Below, piece after piece: positions 1 through 11,903 of a stretch of 64,000 bases of DNA; the stretch's first letter is position 1; the number at the start of each line of letters is the position of its first letter. Source of the DNA: Candidatus Bathyarchaeia archaeon (GTDB lineage: Archaea; Thermoproteota; Bathyarchaeia; 40CM-2-53-6); contig JBEKVV010000004.1 in the NCBI GenBank assembly GCA_049513715.1, positions 96,001 to 160,000 of the forward strand, read 5' to 3'. The notes beneath the pieces were generated by a model. The model searched no databases and was not told the origin of the DNA. It saw only the letters and a list, made by a program, of their open reading frames with translations. The position numbers and the translations under genes were made by a program.

Positions 1-448
1 TGATTAGTTCCACTACTTTTCGCACAGCCCGCTCAACCACAAGTGACATGGCTGCCCCTTCGTCGAAGCATTTCCCCTCGATACCATAGACAATAAGCCT
101 CTGGGGGAGCTGGTTCATGACTCTAGCTAGTTCGATCGCTTGTGGAACGCCGAAGGCATGCGTTGAGTAATGAAACATGCTCGCTGGGAGCGGTGAGTTG
201 TGAGCCTCGTACCTGTGAATGTGTCCATGCTCGGCTCCGGATTTTACTGCGTCAACGAGTATTGTGACTTGCGAACTCTTCCACAATTCCATAAGACGTG
301 CTCCTTCGCCAGACTCCTCGACGCTATTGCATTGATGGGGAAGTCTTTCTCTCACTCCACTCGCAACACGCAAACCGACTTCATCATCACCGCGAATTTC
401 GTTTCCCACCCCGATCACGAGAACGCGTGAGTCATTCGAGCCCACCAA
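1..448 (-). CDS. hydrogenase maturation protease (3' end runs off window)
   Basis: Manual translation, not in ORF track: VLVIGVGNEIRGDDEVG...ILVDAV...STHAFG...LIVYGIEG; directly follows hydrogenase large subunit. Confidence 0.9.
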   Translation of the reverse strand, partial: MVGSNDSRVLVIGVGNEIRGDDEVGLRVASGVRERLPHQCNSVEESGEGARLMELWKSSQVTILVDAVKSGAEHGHIHRYEAHNSPLPASMFHYSTHAFGVPQAIELARVMNQLPQRLIVYGIEGKCFDEGAAMSLVVERAVRKVVELI

Positions 449-450
449 CT

Positions 451-1743
451 CTACTCCCTCTCTATTTTGAGTTTCAAGTAATGGGTTGCGCAGGAGATGC
501 AGGGATCGTAATTGCGTATGAGTTGCTCGCACTGCCACGTAAGCTTGTCCGTCGACAGCCTAATGTTTTCTTCCACGAAATGCTTCAGGTCTTCCTCGAT
601 TCCGCTTTGGTTCTGGGATGTGGGTGGCACGATTTTGGCATTGAGTATGATGCCGTTGTCGTCGATGGTGTATCGGTGGTAGAGTATTCCGCGAGGTGCC
701 TCAGTGCAGCCATAACCTGTACCTCCGTGCGGATGGATTTGTACTGCGGGCTCGAGTGGTGGTGTGTATTGCTTTATGATGCGCAATGCTTCATCGCATG
801 CGTGGAGGGTTTCCACGCTGCGTGCGATGATGCTTTTGAAGGGGTTTCGGCAGGTTGGCTTCAACCCTGCCTGCCTCGCGGCCTTCTGTGCCGATGAAGA
901 CAGCTTATCGAAGTTCAGGTTGAAGCGGGCCATCGGGCCTGTGATGTAGGCTCCGCCGTTTTTCATGTGACCGTGAAGGGCGTTGGAATGTGCAACATGT
1001 TCCTCTATGAAATTGTCTTCGTAGTCGTTTACGGCGATGTCCAAACCACTGCTTGAAACCAAACGCCCCTCGTTGAACGGGTACTCGTCTGGGTGCCGTA
1101 GGGCTACGTATTCGTAGTCTTGTTCAAAGTCGGGGAACTTGAAGCCTGCTACCCAACGAACGGTCTCTTCTGCGGCCTTGCGTGCCCACTTCAACTCCTC
1201 AACAATCGGAGCTATTTCATCTTTGGTTGGGACCTTGTAGAAACCGCCCACCCGAACGTTAATCGGATGAATCTCCCTTCCACCGAGAAGCGAAACTAAC
1301 GCATTACCGATTTTCTTGAGCCGCAGTCCTCTCTGAACAATTTGGGGGTTGTCTCGTGCAATTTGGAGGACGTTGTCGTACCCTAGGAAGTCGGGTGCAT
1401 GAAGCATGTAAATGTGCAGTGCGTGGCTCTCGATCCATTCCCCGCAGTAGATTAACCGGCGTAGGTCACGGAGGGAGCCTTTGACTTGGACGCCACAGGC
1501 GTTCTCCATTGCATGAACCGCGCTCATCTGATAGGCGATGGGGCATATGCCGCAGATTCGCGCAGTGATATCTGGCGCCTCTGTGAAATGGCGGCCGCGT
1601 AGGAACGCTTCGAAGAACCGGGGTGGCTCGTAGATTCTGAGCTTAGCGTCAGTGACCTTTCTGCCCTGAATCTTTAGATTTAGTGCGCCTTCGCCTTCTA
1701 CTCGCGCGAGAGCGTCCACGTCGATGGTTCTACTTGCTGGCAT
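451..1743 (-). CDS. hydA: group 3b [NiFe]-hydrogenase large (alpha) subunit
   Basis: RVEGEG, RICGIC (L1), DPCISCATH (L2) with C-terminal extension. Confidence 0.95.
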   Translation of the reverse strand: MPASRTIDVDALARVEGEGALNLKIQGRKVTDAKLRIYEPPRFFEAFLRGRHFTEAPDITARICGICPIAYQMSAVHAMENACGVQVKGSLRDLRRLIYCGEWIESHALHIYMLHAPDFLGYDNVLQIARDNPQIVQRGLRLKKIGNALVSLLGGREIHPINVRVGGFYKVPTKDEIAPIVEELKWARKAAEETVRWVAGFKFPDFEQDYEYVALRHPDEYPFNEGRLVSSSGLDIAVNDYEDNFIEEHVAHSNALHGHMKNGGAYITGPMARFNLNFDKLSSSAQKAARQAGLKPTCRNPFKSIIARSVETLHACDEALRIIKQYTPPLEPAVQIHPHGGTGYGCTEAPRGILYHRYTIDDNGIILNAKIVPPTSQNQSGIEEDLKHFVEENIRLSTDKLTWQCEQLIRNYDPCISCATHYLKLKIERE

Positions 1744-2512
1744 GTGACTCGCTCTCCTTTCTGAATGGTTCAGCGTACGCGTTGAATGTGCGGAATGCCC
1801 GCAAGATATCTTCGCCCTTCATGCCCAGATGTGCCAACCAATTGCTCATTGAGCCTGTGTTCGGCGTCTCCATTGGGCCGAAACATGCGTAGCAACCACG
1901 GTTGTAGCTGGGGCAGATTGCACCGCAGCCGGCTTGCGTTACTGGCCCAAGGCAGGGTGTGCCATGAGCAACCATGACGCATGTGGTTCCACGCAGCTTG
2001 CACTCCATACAAACGCTGCTCGTGGGAATGTTCGGCCTACGCGCGTTCAGAGTTGCGTTGATGACCTCAAGTAGCTGGTTCTTGTTGATTGGGCAGCCGC
2101 GTAATTCGAAGTCAACCTGAACATGTTCACTGATTGGGGTCGACGTGCTCAGGGTGTCTATGTATTCTGGTTTGGCGTATACGGCGGAGATGAACTCCTT
2201 GACGTCTTTGAAGTTGCGAAGTGCTTGAATGCCACCGGCCGTTGCGCATGCGCCAATGGTGACAAGTAGCTTGGATTCCTGGCGAGCCTTTTGGATCCGT
2301 TCAATGTCGTGCGCCGTTGTGATGGAGCCCTCTACGAGTGAAACATCGTATGGTCCTCTGGTTACGGCGCTTGATGCTTCTAGGAAGTATGATATGTTAA
2401 CCTCACCAGCCAGGGAAAGCAACTCGTCCTCGCAGTCCAAGATGCTGAGCTGGCAGCCGTCGCAAGATGAGAACTTCCAAACGGCAAGTTTGGGTTTCTG
2501 TTTATTAGACAT
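1730..2512 (-). CDS. hydD: group 3b hydrogenase small (delta) subunit
   Basis: SSCDGC, GACA..GG, GCP, CLGP motifs; start reassigned to MSNKQ at 2512. Confidence 0.92.
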   Translation of the reverse strand: MSNKQKPKLAVWKFSSCDGCQLSILDCEDELLSLAGEVNISYFLEASSAVTRGPYDVSLVEGSITTAHDIERIQKARQESKLLVTIGACATAGGIQALRNFKDVKEFISAVYAKPEYIDTLSTSTPISEHVQVDFELRGCPINKNQLLEVINATLNARRPNIPTSSVCMECKLRGTTCVMVAHGTPCLGPVTQAGCGAICPSYNRGCYACFGPMETPNTGSMSNWLAHLGMKGEDILRAFRTFNAYAEPFRKESESHASK

Positions 2513-2513
2513 C

Positions 2514-3353
2514 CTAAATCTCCCTCTTTGATAGGAATGGTTGGATCTGGTCGTATCGGAAGACTGGGCCGTCCTTGCAGACGAATACGGATCCGAGCTG
2601 GCAGTGGCCGCAGAGTCCATTGCCGCACTTCATGTTGCGTTCCATGGAGACGAAGATGTTTTCTGTGGTGACGCCGCGATTCTGGAGTTCTAGGATTGTG
2701 AAACGGGTCATGATTTCTGGCCCACAGATGAACGCCTTCGTATGCTGAGGGTCGAAGTTGGCCCTTGGAATGAGTGTAGTCACCACGCCAACATTTCCAT
2801 GCCACCCAGGTTTTGCAGTGTCCACAGTTGTTTCGACGTCTATGTCGAATCGGGCTCGCCATCGTTTAAGCTCGGTTGTGTAGAGCATGTCTTGCGGCGT
2901 CCTCGCTCCGTAAAGGAGAACAATTCGCCCGTAATGCTCGCGATTAGCGAGCAGTTGGTAGATTGCTGGGCGCAACGGGGGTAGCCCGACGCCCCCCGTA
3001 ACTATGAGCACAGCATGCCCGACCGAGTCTTCAACGGGCCAATGCGTTCCGTAAGGACCCCGAACAGTGACTTCTTCGCCTTTCTTTAGGAGGCATAATG
3101 CTCTGCTCACCGCACCCACTGATCTTATTGTGTGAATCAGCCTCTCTGGTTTTGTGGGGTCACCGCTGATTGAGACTGGGACTTCGCCAACCCCGAACCC
3201 GTACACCATATTGAACTGTCCCGGGGTAAATGAGAAGTCGTCATGGTCATCGACCGGCTCAAATTCAAGGGTCCAAGTGTCGTATGTTTCCTGGTTGGAT
3301 TGTTGAACGCGGTAAATGCGGGGAAGAATGGACTCGGTGGAGAGTGGTTTCAT
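2514..3353 (-). CDS. hydG: group 3b hydrogenase gamma subunit (FAD/NAD(P)-binding, 2Fe-2S)
   Basis: [30 protein letters not shown]...CKDGP. Confidence 0.92.
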   Translation of the reverse strand: MKPLSTESILPRIYRVQQSNQETYDTWTLEFEPVDDHDDFSFTPGQFNMVYGFGVGEVPVSISGDPTKPERLIHTIRSVGAVSRALCLLKKGEEVTVRGPYGTHWPVEDSVGHAVLIVTGGVGLPPLRPAIYQLLANREHYGRIVLLYGARTPQDMLYTTELKRWRARFDIDVETTVDTAKPGWHGNVGVVTTLIPRANFDPQHTKAFICGPEIMTRFTILELQNRGVTTENIFVSMERNMKCGNGLCGHCQLGSVFVCKDGPVFRYDQIQPFLSKREI

Positions 3354-3360
3354 GATGGCC

Positions 3361-3822
3361 CTATCCGCCCTCGTCGTACAGGTCCAAGAGTTGTAGTCGT
3401 GTGGCCTGTAGCCTCTGTATCATGACTGCGGAGAATCTCTTCATCAGCTCGTAGCCCAGGTCGTGGTCTTCTTCACACTTCTTGCGCAAGCATTTGCCGT
3501 CGAGGCTAATGGCCCGCGTGAGTTCGATTGCTCTCGCACCAAAGTGCACGTGGTAAGGCGGAAAGAGCCATGACCAGCCTAGCACGTCTCCATTTGTAAG
3601 AGTCTGGATTGTAATCGCTCCACGTTTTGGTGAGAAGGCCTCAATGGCGACTTTGCCTTCGCGTATGACGAAGAAGTTGTTCGCCTCATCCCCCTCTCGG
3701 TACAGAGATTCTTCTTGCTCAAAGCGGACGTTTGATGCGCAGCCCGCTAGGAATTGTAGCTGTTGCGGTTTTAGGCCTTTGAAGAATGGGTGGTCGGCGA
3801 GCACCACGTCAAGCGTTTTCAA
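3361..3822 (-). CDS. stand-alone cyclic-nucleotide-binding (Crp-type) domain protein
   Basis: [18 protein letters not shown]...GDVLGWSWL cNMP fold, no HTH. Confidence 0.85.
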   Translation of the reverse strand: MKTLDVVLADHPFFKGLKPQQLQFLAGCASNVRFEQEESLYREGDEANNFFVIREGKVAIEAFSPKRGAITIQTLTNGDVLGWSWLFPPYHVHFGARAIELTRAISLDGKCLRKKCEEDHDLGYELMKRFSAVMIQRLQATRLQLLDLYDEGG

Positions 3823-4963
3823 TTTTCATACCTCCAGATTCAGCTGTTGCAGTCTTTTCGCTTTCGCGAATTGCGCGTGCTTCTTCCGTTATGTCGATGC
3901 CGACAGGGCACCATGTGATGCAGCGGCCACAGCCTACACACCCAGATGTTCCAAATTGGTCGATCCAGGTGCCGAGTTTGTGTGTCATCCACTGTCGGTA
4001 CCGGGACATAGGTGAGGGTCGAATGCTGCCGCCATGAATGTATGAAAAATCAACGGTGAAACATGAATCCCATTTCCGCCAACGCTCCGCATGCCTGCCT
4101 GTGAGGTCGGTCACGTCATAGACGTCGCTGCAGAAGCAGGTCGGGCACACTAGGGTGCAGTTGCCGCAGGTCAGGCAGCGGTCGGCGACTTGGATCCAAC
4201 GTGGGTTATCATAGTTCCTGTATAGCAGTTCTTTAATGCCATTTGTATCCAGAGTCTTACGCACTTCTACTGCATCAGATACGTGATCGGCCGCTCTTGA
4301 TTGTGCCTCGGTAGCCGTTTGGTTGGTAATCGATTCGATGACAGAGTTGCCCCGCTCTGATCCTACATCAAGCACGAAGAAATGCGAACCGTTTTCGAGA
4401 ACCTCGGTTAGAGCAAGGTCGTAGCCGAAAGTCGCCTTTGGGCCTGTGCCCATGGAGACGCAGAAGCAATTGCTGCTTGCATGGCTGCAATTTGCCGCAA
4501 GAACAAATGTGTTCTCGCGACGCGCCCTATATCCTGGATCCGAGTATTCTCCTTCGAGGAAGACTTTGTCTTGGATGGCGATTGCGTGTATTTCGCATGA
4601 ACGGGCACCGATGAATGCGTATTTCTCGGTTGGCCCTTCTTTCTCACTGACCGCTTGTATCTTCTTCGCGCCTCGATTCGCCTGCCATAAGCGAGCCATG
4701 GGAGGGAATAGTAGGCGTTTCCACGATTGGGGGCCGACCGTATATCCGAAGACGCGTTCATCATTACTCCTCTTGAGCCGGCAAGCACCTCCATCCTGCT
4801 CATCGATCCATCCTACTGGCAGGTCGGCGAGAGCTGTTATGTTATCGTAAACGATCGCCCCTTCGCGGACAGTGGGTCCAATCAGGTGGTAGCCCCGCTT
4901 CCTGAGCAGATCGAAAAGTTGCTGTAGGCCTTTTGTGTCGACAATCAACTTGCGCGCAGTCAT
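3809..4963 (-). CDS. hydB: group 3b hydrogenase beta subunit (4Fe-4S)
   Basis: [16 protein letters not shown] and [12 protein letters not shown]. Confidence 0.9.
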   Translation of the reverse strand: MTARKLIVDTKGLQQLFDLLRKRGYHLIGPTVREGAIVYDNITALADLPVGWIDEQDGGACRLKRSNDERVFGYTVGPQSWKRLLFPPMARLWQANRGAKKIQAVSEKEGPTEKYAFIGARSCEIHAIAIQDKVFLEGEYSDPGYRARRENTFVLAANCSHASSNCFCVSMGTGPKATFGYDLALTEVLENGSHFFVLDVGSERGNSVIESITNQTATEAQSRAADHVSDAVEVRKTLDTNGIKELLYRNYDNPRWIQVADRCLTCGNCTLVCPTCFCSDVYDVTDLTGRHAERWRKWDSCFTVDFSYIHGGSIRPSPMSRYRQWMTHKLGTWIDQFGTSGCVGCGRCITWCPVGIDITEEARAIRESEKTATAESGGMKIENA

Positions 4964-5252
4964 TTGCCCACAGCTCGCCCAAAATGGCACGTTTCTGTAT
5001 GAAGCAGGCTAACCTTTTCGGCTGATTTCCTCCATTGAATCCCTGCTTGGAAACGGTTGCAGGGGGAATCTTAGGGCATTGTGGTCTGTGGAATGTTCTA
5101 TCATTTTCACTAGGAATGCTGTTGCGGACCAACTAGACAAAATGAACCGGCTGCCCATCTGACCTGACTCGCCACGAGGGATTCTTACAGAACTAGGCTT
5201 AATAATCGGAATAAAATTCGATGCATGCGCGTCAGTTCAGTAGGCCTATCGC

Positions 5253-6034
5253 TTGGAAACTAGTTCGAATTTCGTTGAACATAATGAGGCATTGAAGAAA
5301 GAGGGCCTACGCATAATCTCCGAGGGCAACAAGCGTGGGTTTCACTTACGCCTTCTTGGCGCAATAGCATTCCAGACCCACTGTCCCAAGTATGACTACT
5401 TCACGCTGAAACTAAGAAGAATGCCCTCAGACGTCGACTTCGTAGGCTATGCAAAGGAGAATCAGCTAGTCACCAGTATGATGCGAGAGCTGGGTTATGC
5501 TGACCAACCGATGATCACCGCTCTCTGGGGAGATAGGCGAACCATCTGGGACCACCAAACGAACGGAACCCACGTTGACATTTTCTTTGAAAGTATGAGA
5601 TGAACCACAACATTCCTTTCACAAATCGACTTGAACTCGAACCATTCACGATTTCCCTTGCAGACATGCTCCTGGAGAAGATGCAGATAGTTCACATCAA
5701 CGAAAAAGACATCATAGACACGATAATGCTACTGCGCGAACATGAGATTGGGTATGAGAATGCTGCAGAGACGATAGACGCACGGTACATCGTCGGCCTA
5801 CTCTCCAAAGACTGGGGCTTTTACTACACCTTTACAACAAACCTCGCCAAAGTGAGAGAGAAAACCGCAGCTACCAAAGAATTAAGCGAAGACGATCGAG
5901 CAGATGTGAACAGGAAGATTCAGAAATTAGCTGATATTCTTGAAAAAGAGCCGAAGACGTTCGCTTGGAAGATGAGAGCCAAGATTGGAACGAAGAACAA
6001 GTGGTATAAGGATGTAGAAGAGATTAGGCGCTAA
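5253..6034 (+). pseudogene. nucleotidyltransferase-family protein split by a frameshift near 5590
   Basis: LLGAIA...SDVDF (NTase motif) in ORF 5253-5603 continues as MNHNIPF...LADMLLEKMQ...EKD in ORF 5600-6034. Confidence 0.65.
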
Positions 6035-6216
6035 TCGCGGCAACCTTGTTTGAACGCGCGATTCTCATGTTATGAGGAACATGTAACCTTTGAACGGCAT
6101 TTTAGGATATTTACCACTTACCCGTCTTTGACTGGAACCTTCGGTGTGAGTAAGTTAATGCCTCTAGCAGCCAGGGCTCAGAGTGATTGCACCGAGAGTT
6201 TCAGAGATCTTAACTG

Positions 6217-6723
6217 TTAATGGGCTAATGCGTGAGCCTGAACGCGTGCTTCGAGCAGTTTCCTTAGGTCTTCGGGCATATTGGGCTCGTACGCTACCTT
6301 CACCAGCCAATACAGCATGTCTCTCTCAGTGACCATTCCGACAAGTTTGCCACCATCGATGACAGGAAGTCGTCGAATGTCGTTCCTCACCATCTGTTCC
6401 ACAGCCTTCCAAATCTCCATCGAAGGCGCGACCGTCACAAGTGGCTTGGACATTGCCTTCTTGACAGCCATCGTACGCAAATTCTGACCCTTCGCGATCC
6501 TCGTCGTAACATCTCGTTCCGTCAGGATTCCGATTGGCTTCCCCTTCTCAACCACGATTATGCTTCCAATCTTGTGCCTCACCATCGTGCGAAGAGCCAC
6601 GTTAACCTTCTCATTCGCCTTTGCAGTTACAATCTTGGTGGACATTATGGCGGAGACATCCTCACTCGGTGTACCAGACGCGGACAAGCTTCTCCTCTCG
6701 CTTCGACGATGCGCTTCAATCAT
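6217..6723 (-). CDS. CBS-domain protein
   Basis: Tandem CBS motifs GILTERD, RRLPV, GMVTERD. Confidence 0.9.
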   Translation of the reverse strand: MIEAHRRSERRSLSASGTPSEDVSAIMSTKIVTAKANEKVNVALRTMVRHKIGSIIVVEKGKPIGILTERDVTTRIAKGQNLRTMAVKKAMSKPLVTVAPSMEIWKAVEQMVRNDIRRLPVIDGGKLVGMVTERDMLYWLVKVAYEPNMPEDLRKLLEARVQAHALAH

Positions 6724-6831
6724 CTAAAAGACTTCCTGAAGACGCCAGATTAGATCACTTTGCAGCACAACCGCACAGGAACCTAGAATAGGATTTATTG
6801 CGGGTTTTGCAGAGCTACCTTCTGGTTTCGT

Positions 6832-7086
6832 TTGAGTGGGGTTAAGGTAACCATTGTGTATCTCGGTCAAGCTCGCGAAGTCGCCCGGACAAAAGAGGAA
6901 GAGCTTGTATTAACGACCCCTGCAAAGGTCGAGCACGCGATTATTCAAGCCGTCAGCGCCCACCCTGAACTGTCCAAATTAATGGAAACAATTCGCCTCC
7001 TCTTAAACGGCCAATGGGCAGCGGGGAACGCGGAATTGAAGGACGGGGATCGAGTCACTCTTCTACCGCCGGTCGGAGGAGGCTAG
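6832..7086 (+). CDS. MoaD/ThiS/SAMP ubiquitin-like sulfur carrier
   Basis: beta-grasp, LKDGDRVTLLPPVGGG C-terminal diglycine. Confidence 0.9.
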   Translation: MSGVKVTIVYLGQAREVARTKEEELVLTTPAKVEHAIIQAVSAHPELSKLMETIRLLLNGQWAAGNAELKDGDRVTLLPPVGGG

Positions 7087-7221
7087 ACAAACACATCGGT
7101 TCCACTTGGAGAAAGTCAGCTCCTAGGCTGCGCCCACGGTGCCACAAGTTTCTCGAACAAGGTTTCATCCTGCGAAAACATGAATGTAACTGACTAGTTT
7201 TTGAGTAATCGGCAGTCTCCG

Positions 7222-7848
7222 TTAGCATTTTGCGCCGCAATTGTGGCAGTACATCGCGCCGAGAGAGATTGCAGCTCCGCAATTTGTGCAGAATCCCGGA
7301 AGAACAGAAGGGGGAGCAATCGGGCGTGTGGACAGTCGGTAGTATTTCCATGCGAGGTAATACGAAGCTAACGTTGCCCCCAAGCCGCCGACAAACCAAA
7401 GCAACCCTAGGCTGGCGAACAGGTTGTTGAGAAAGTGCAACCCCACGGATACGAAATAGTACTTCAGTGTAGCACGTTTGAATACACCGTAAGCGACGAT
7501 CGTTGTGCCAGCTGCATGAAAACCGATAGCTGGCAACCTAGCAATGAAAGGAACCCCGCTCAAGACGTAGACAATGGATTCAGCTAACCCGAAACCAAGC
7601 CCAGCGAGAAAACCGAAAAGGAGGAGAGATTTCGCAGGCCTTTCGTACCGAAAGAATAACGGGTTTGCTTTCGCGAATTCCTCCACGAAGGGGGCCACAA
7701 TCGTGACTACACCAAATGTCGTAAACCATAGATGGGAGGTCATTTCGAAGAGGAACGCCACAGGTGCACCTACCACGATTCCTGAAAGAAAGAAGAACAG
7801 CTTTTCTCCTGTTGACGACTCGCTCGGCATTGACGTCTCCTTGCCCAT
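7222..7848 (-). CDS. PrsW-family intramembrane metalloprotease with C-terminal zinc ribbon
   Basis: APFVEEFAK, GFGLAES, H motifs; CTNCG...CHNCG tail. Confidence 0.8.
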   Translation of the reverse strand: MGKETSMPSESSTGEKLFFFLSGIVVGAPVAFLFEMTSHLWFTTFGVVTIVAPFVEEFAKANPLFFRYERPAKSLLLFGFLAGLGFGLAESIVYVLSGVPFIARLPAIGFHAAGTTIVAYGVFKRATLKYYFVSVGLHFLNNLFASLGLLWFVGGLGATLASYYLAWKYYRLSTRPIAPPSVLPGFCTNCGAAISLGAMYCHNCGAKC

Positions 7849-7901
7849 TTTGTCGCTGTGCCCTGGGAGTAACAGCGGGTTGGGGTTAAGAGTTTAGGCA
7901 G

Positions 7902-8696
7902 CTATGTGGAGAACGTTAGTTCCACGGGCTGCGCCCACGGTGCCGCAAGCTTCTCGAATAGAGCGGTGATCGCAAAGAGGATCACTCCAACCAGTGTGAT
8001 TAGGAGAATTCCGGCGAACAGGGGCGCTGTGTCAAAGTTCGAGGAGTAGACCAGCATCAAATACCCGACTCCATGGCTGGAGCCACCAATCCATTCCCCA
8101 ACTATGGCGCCGATGATTGCAAACGTCATAGCAACCTTGAGGGAGGCAAAGAGGTAGGGGATGCAGTTAGGGAGTTGAACTTTCAAGAAGACTTGGCGTC
8201 GGCTTGCGTATAGGGAGGACATTAGGTCAGCGATGGATTGGTCGATTGTGACGAGGCCTTTAATTGAGTTGACCAAAACCGGGAAGAAGCAGATTAGCGC
8301 GGTAATCATTGTGATGGGGACCTCTCCGTACCCGAACCAGACCAAGAAGACCGGCGCGAGTGCTATTTTCGGTATGACTTGCACGGCGACGATTACGGGG
8401 TAGAGGATTTTTGGTAGTAAAGGAGAGCTGGCAATGATAACGGCCAGGCCGAAAGCCACCACCGTCCCCAACGCGAAGCCAACCATGATTTCCTCCAACG
8501 TGTAAATCAGTTCGGCTGAGAGAGCCGGCCACTTGGTTACGAAGGAGGCCAACGTGGCCGTGGGGGATGGAAGCAGGTATTGTGGAATCTTGAAGAAGGT
8601 GGTGAAGAGTTCCCACAGTATTACTACGAGGATTATGAACCCCACGCTGAGCGAGTATGTTCTGATTTCGCGCCCTAATTGCGACATGGTCGTCAT
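7902..8696 (-). CDS. ABC transporter permease (NitT/TauT family)
   Basis: LLPSP, PKIALAP, AIVGEW motifs. Confidence 0.92.
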   Translation of the reverse strand: MTTMSQLGREIRTYSLSVGFIILVVILWELFTTFFKIPQYLLPSPTATLASFVTKWPALSAELIYTLEEIMVGFALGTVVAFGLAVIIASSPLLPKILYPVIVAVQVIPKIALAPVFLVWFGYGEVPITMITALICFFPVLVNSIKGLVTIDQSIADLMSSLYASRRQVFLKVQLPNCIPYLFASLKVAMTFAIIGAIVGEWIGGSSHGVGYLMLVYSSNFDTAPLFAGILLITLVGVILFAITALFEKLAAPWAQPVELTFST

Positions 8697-8697
8697 A

Positions 8698-9462
8698 TTA
8701 CGCCAACCCGAAATGTTCCCTTATGGTTTGAACGTGGCGTGTGAACGCGGGGTCGTTTTGACTTTCAGCAGACCTCGGGCGCGGTAGATCAATTTTCAAC
8801 GTCTCCACAATTTTCCCAGGTCGTTCGGACATTATTGCGATTTTGTCGGATAGGAGTACTGCTTCTGGTATGTCGTGGGTTACGAAGACGACCGTTCGCC
8901 TAAACTGGATCCAGATTCTTAGTAATTCGTAAGCCATCTTTGTGCGCGTCATAGCGTCCAACGCGCCGAATGGCTCGTCCATTAGCAGAAGCTTCGCGGA
9001 GAAGGCCAGGGCTCTGGCAATGGAGACCCGCTGCTGCATTCCGCCCGACAGGGCAGAGGGGTAGCTGTCCAGGAATTTTGAGAGCCCCATAAAATCGAGA
9101 AGATCAAATGCTTTCTTTCGGTTGGTCGGAGTGTTCTCACCAATAACCTCCAAGGGCAGGAGCACGTTTTGCATAACGTTCCTCCACGGCAGAAGTGCGG
9201 GGGTTTGGAAGACGAACCCGAATTCGCGGTTTTTTCGAGCATCTTGAACTGGCCTTCCATCTATTGCGATTCTTCCCGAGGTCGGCTTGAGTAATCCACC
9301 AATTAGCTTTAGGACCGTGGTCTTTCCGCAGCCACTTGGCCCGACGATGGAGAAGAACTCGCCGGGTTCAATGCTGAGGCCAACGTTTTCCAAGGCCTCA
9401 ACCTGTTTCTTCTCCTTACCGTAGGTCATCGTGACCTCGGAAAGATCGATTGCGTGTGACAA
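8698..9462 (-). CDS. ABC transporter ATP-binding protein (NitT/TauT family)
   Basis: GPSGCGKT, LSGGMQQR, LLMDEPF, VTHD. Confidence 0.95.
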   Translation of the reverse strand: MSHAIDLSEVTMTYGKEKKQVEALENVGLSIEPGEFFSIVGPSGCGKTTVLKLIGGLLKPTSGRIAIDGRPVQDARKNREFGFVFQTPALLPWRNVMQNVLLPLEVIGENTPTNRKKAFDLLDFMGLSKFLDSYPSALSGGMQQRVSIARALAFSAKLLLMDEPFGALDAMTRTKMAYELLRIWIQFRRTVVFVTHDIPEAVLLSDKIAIMSERPGKIVETLKIDLPRPRSAESQNDPAFTRHVQTIREHFGLA

Positions 9463-9565
9463 CGAACGTTCGCTCGAATGAGAAGCATGGAATGAGATGA
9501 TTTTGTCGTAAATAAAGAAAGGGGTGGTAGGGTTTGTACGCGCGCTTCAGTGGTTCGTTTACTTT

Positions 9566-10747
9566 CTAGGAGGTTTTTCCTGTAGCGGAAACGGTCAGGT
9601 TGAAGCCGATTCCGGGGACGTTGGCGCCGGTAATGGTTCCTGGGTTCGTTGGGAAGGCCCTGTTGGATGGGAGGAAGTCGTTTGTGAAGACCTTCGTGTA
9701 GTCGACTGGGGTGCTGCCTAGGACTCCGGTGAGGTATTGTCCCATTGCTTGCCATTTCGCGGATGTCTGCCACCACAAACCATTCGCGTCGGTGTCAGAG
9801 CTTGTCCACAACTTGTACGCGAAGGCTGAGGCTAGTTGGTCTCTCAGTAGTGTTACGTTTGTTGATGAGACGTGGTTGTTGAGGCTGGTTATTGCATCCA
9901 TTGGGTGTTGAATGGTGTACAGTTCGCCCTGTAATGCGCCAGCGAGAAAAGCTTTGACGGTGTCGGGATGGTCTTTGAGCATAGCGCTGTTTGTAAGGAT
10001 TCCAAAGCCGTACTCGCTGACTCCGTACTGTGTGAACGGAAGCAGGGATACAGCGTAGCCCTTGTCGACTACGTTTACTGCTTCGTAGTCTACGAATTCG
10101 GTTATGAAGTCCACTGAGCCAGACATCACGAATGCCTCCTCAGGGTACCCGATGGATGTGTTGCCTTTGATTGATGAGCCTTGGATGTTGTTGGCGGTTA
10201 GGAATGCTTGGAAGGCTGTTGGGCCTGCGCCTCCGGGGTGGTAGCCCCAAGTTAGGCCTGAGAGGTCCGATGGAGTGGTTAGTTTGTGCATCGACTGCAG
10301 CGCGATTGCTGAAAGACCTGTGTTCTGGTCAACTGCTGCTACGGAAACAACGTCAACTCCTTTCGATATAGCTACCAAAGCTGTTGGTAGATCTGCCTCA
10401 GCGAAGTCGAAGGTGCCCGCTGCAACTGCGCGAATCGCTACGCCCGAGCCTGTTCCTTCAGAGATTGAGACATCGAGGCCTTGGGCCTTGAAGAACCCTT
10501 GGTCGATGGCCACGTAGAAGGGCGCGTTGTACCCTGCGGCTAGCCATGGTAGGGTAAATGTGACACTAGATTTGCTGAGCGGTGCCATACTGCTTTCGCT
10601 CGTCATGCTGGTAGTGCTGGTTGCAGGAGAGGGAGTCATCGAATAGTAGAAGCCCGCCGCTGCTCCCGCAATGACGACGATGGCGACAACCAAGACGATT
10701 GCTGCTGTTCGAGAAATTGCTTTTATATTTGAAGATAGATGTGACAT
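9566..10747 (-). CDS. ABC substrate-binding protein, NMT1/THI5-like
   Basis: Class III signal peptide (KAIS), S/T linker, APFYVAIDQGFFKAQGLDV. Confidence 0.88.
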   Translation of the reverse strand: MSHLSSNIKAISRTAAIVLVVAIVVIAGAAAGFYYSMTPSPATSTTSMTSESSMAPLSKSSVTFTLPWLAAGYNAPFYVAIDQGFFKAQGLDVSISEGTGSGVAIRAVAAGTFDFAEADLPTALVAISKGVDVVSVAAVDQNTGLSAIALQSMHKLTTPSDLSGLTWGYHPGGAGPTAFQAFLTANNIQGSSIKGNTSIGYPEEAFVMSGSVDFITEFVDYEAVNVVDKGYAVSLLPFTQYGVSEYGFGILTNSAMLKDHPDTVKAFLAGALQGELYTIQHPMDAITSLNNHVSSTNVTLLRDQLASAFAYKLWTSSDTDANGLWWQTSAKWQAMGQYLTGVLGSTPVDYTKVFTNDFLPSNRAFPTNPGTITGANVPGIGFNLTVSATGKTS

Positions 10748-11021
10748 GGATCAGATTTCAGGCTGCAAGTTCCTAAAATACTTGCTTACAATCCGCGCGC
10801 CGCGCGATGATGTTGATTTTTTCCTGATATCGCTTCAATAAATCATGATTACCAAACAGTAGATCCTATCTCGCGCAATCTCAATCACTCCGTTCTTCGT
10901 CTGTTGGGTTGGTGCGCGTTGTGGGAAAAACTCATACATACAGCTGCACCTCAACACGGCGCCTATTGATTTGATTAAACGCGGCCCAGAACATGATTGC
11001 CATCGGCAAAAAGTGAAGTGT

Positions 11022-11903
11022 ATGCCTTTTCATCCAACGGATTACTTCGAACCCACCACTCCTGAAGAGGTGTGCGGACTTCTTTCGCAGTATGGCAAGC
11101 ATGCAAAGGTGATCGCGGGCGGGACTGCGATTTACGAATTGGCAAAGCGAGACTTGGCATCTGAGGTTAAGCAATTAGTCAGCCTTCGCAAGGTTCCGCT
11201 GAAATATGTTCGCAGAGATGAGCAAGGGCTGCATGTTGGAGCCACAACTCCCCTCGCTGAACTCGCAGGCTCATCTGAAGTTAATAGTGATCCTTTGCTG
11301 CAAGTCTTGGCGGAAGCGCTCCGAGAGATTAGGCCTATGCAGGTTCGGGCTGTCGCAACCGTGGGAGGAGAAATTTGCACATCCCTTCCACTATTGGATT
11401 TACCCCCAGCGCTACTTGCACTCGACACAGTCGCGATTATTCAAGGGGAGAGTCGCCAAAGAGCTATCGCCCTCAATGAGTTCCTAGTGGATTTCTTCCT
11501 GAACGCCCTGAATAGAAGCGAATTTCTCGTTGAGGCGTTGATTCCAAAGCAGCCGGAACATTCGGGCTCAGCGTTTTTGAAGTTTGGCCGCACGGCTTAC
11601 GACTTCAACTTAATCAATGTTGCAACTAGGCTGACGCTCGCCAAAGACGGAACCTGCTCGGATACGAGAATCATTCTTGGCGGAGTTGGGCGCGTGCCAT
11701 TGCGCGCGGCTGCGTCTGAAAACGAGATCAAGGGTCGACGGATTGATGACCAGACAGTGGCCAGGGCTGCGGAAGCATTGGGTGAATTCAAAGCGATACC
11801 CCAAATTCATGGCGACGCTGGATACAAACGAGACATCGCACGTGTGCTGGTTCGGGATTGTGTTAAGCGGGCTGCGGAACGGACGTTGGTGGTGGCACAT
11901 TGA
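11022..11903 (+). CDS. xanthine dehydrogenase/CoxM-family FAD-binding subunit
   Basis: IAGGT, QVRAVATVGG; start reassigned to ATG 11022. Confidence 0.9.
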   Translation: MPFHPTDYFEPTTPEEVCGLLSQYGKHAKVIAGGTAIYELAKRDLASEVKQLVSLRKVPLKYVRRDEQGLHVGATTPLAELAGSSEVNSDPLLQVLAEALREIRPMQVRAVATVGGEICTSLPLLDLPPALLALDTVAIIQGESRQRAIALNEFLVDFFLNALNRSEFLVEALIPKQPEHSGSAFLKFGRTAYDFNLINVATRLTLAKDGTCSDTRIILGGVGRVPLRAAASENEIKGRRIDDQTVARAAEALGEFKAIPQIHGDAGYKRDIARVLVRDCVKRAAERTLVVAH

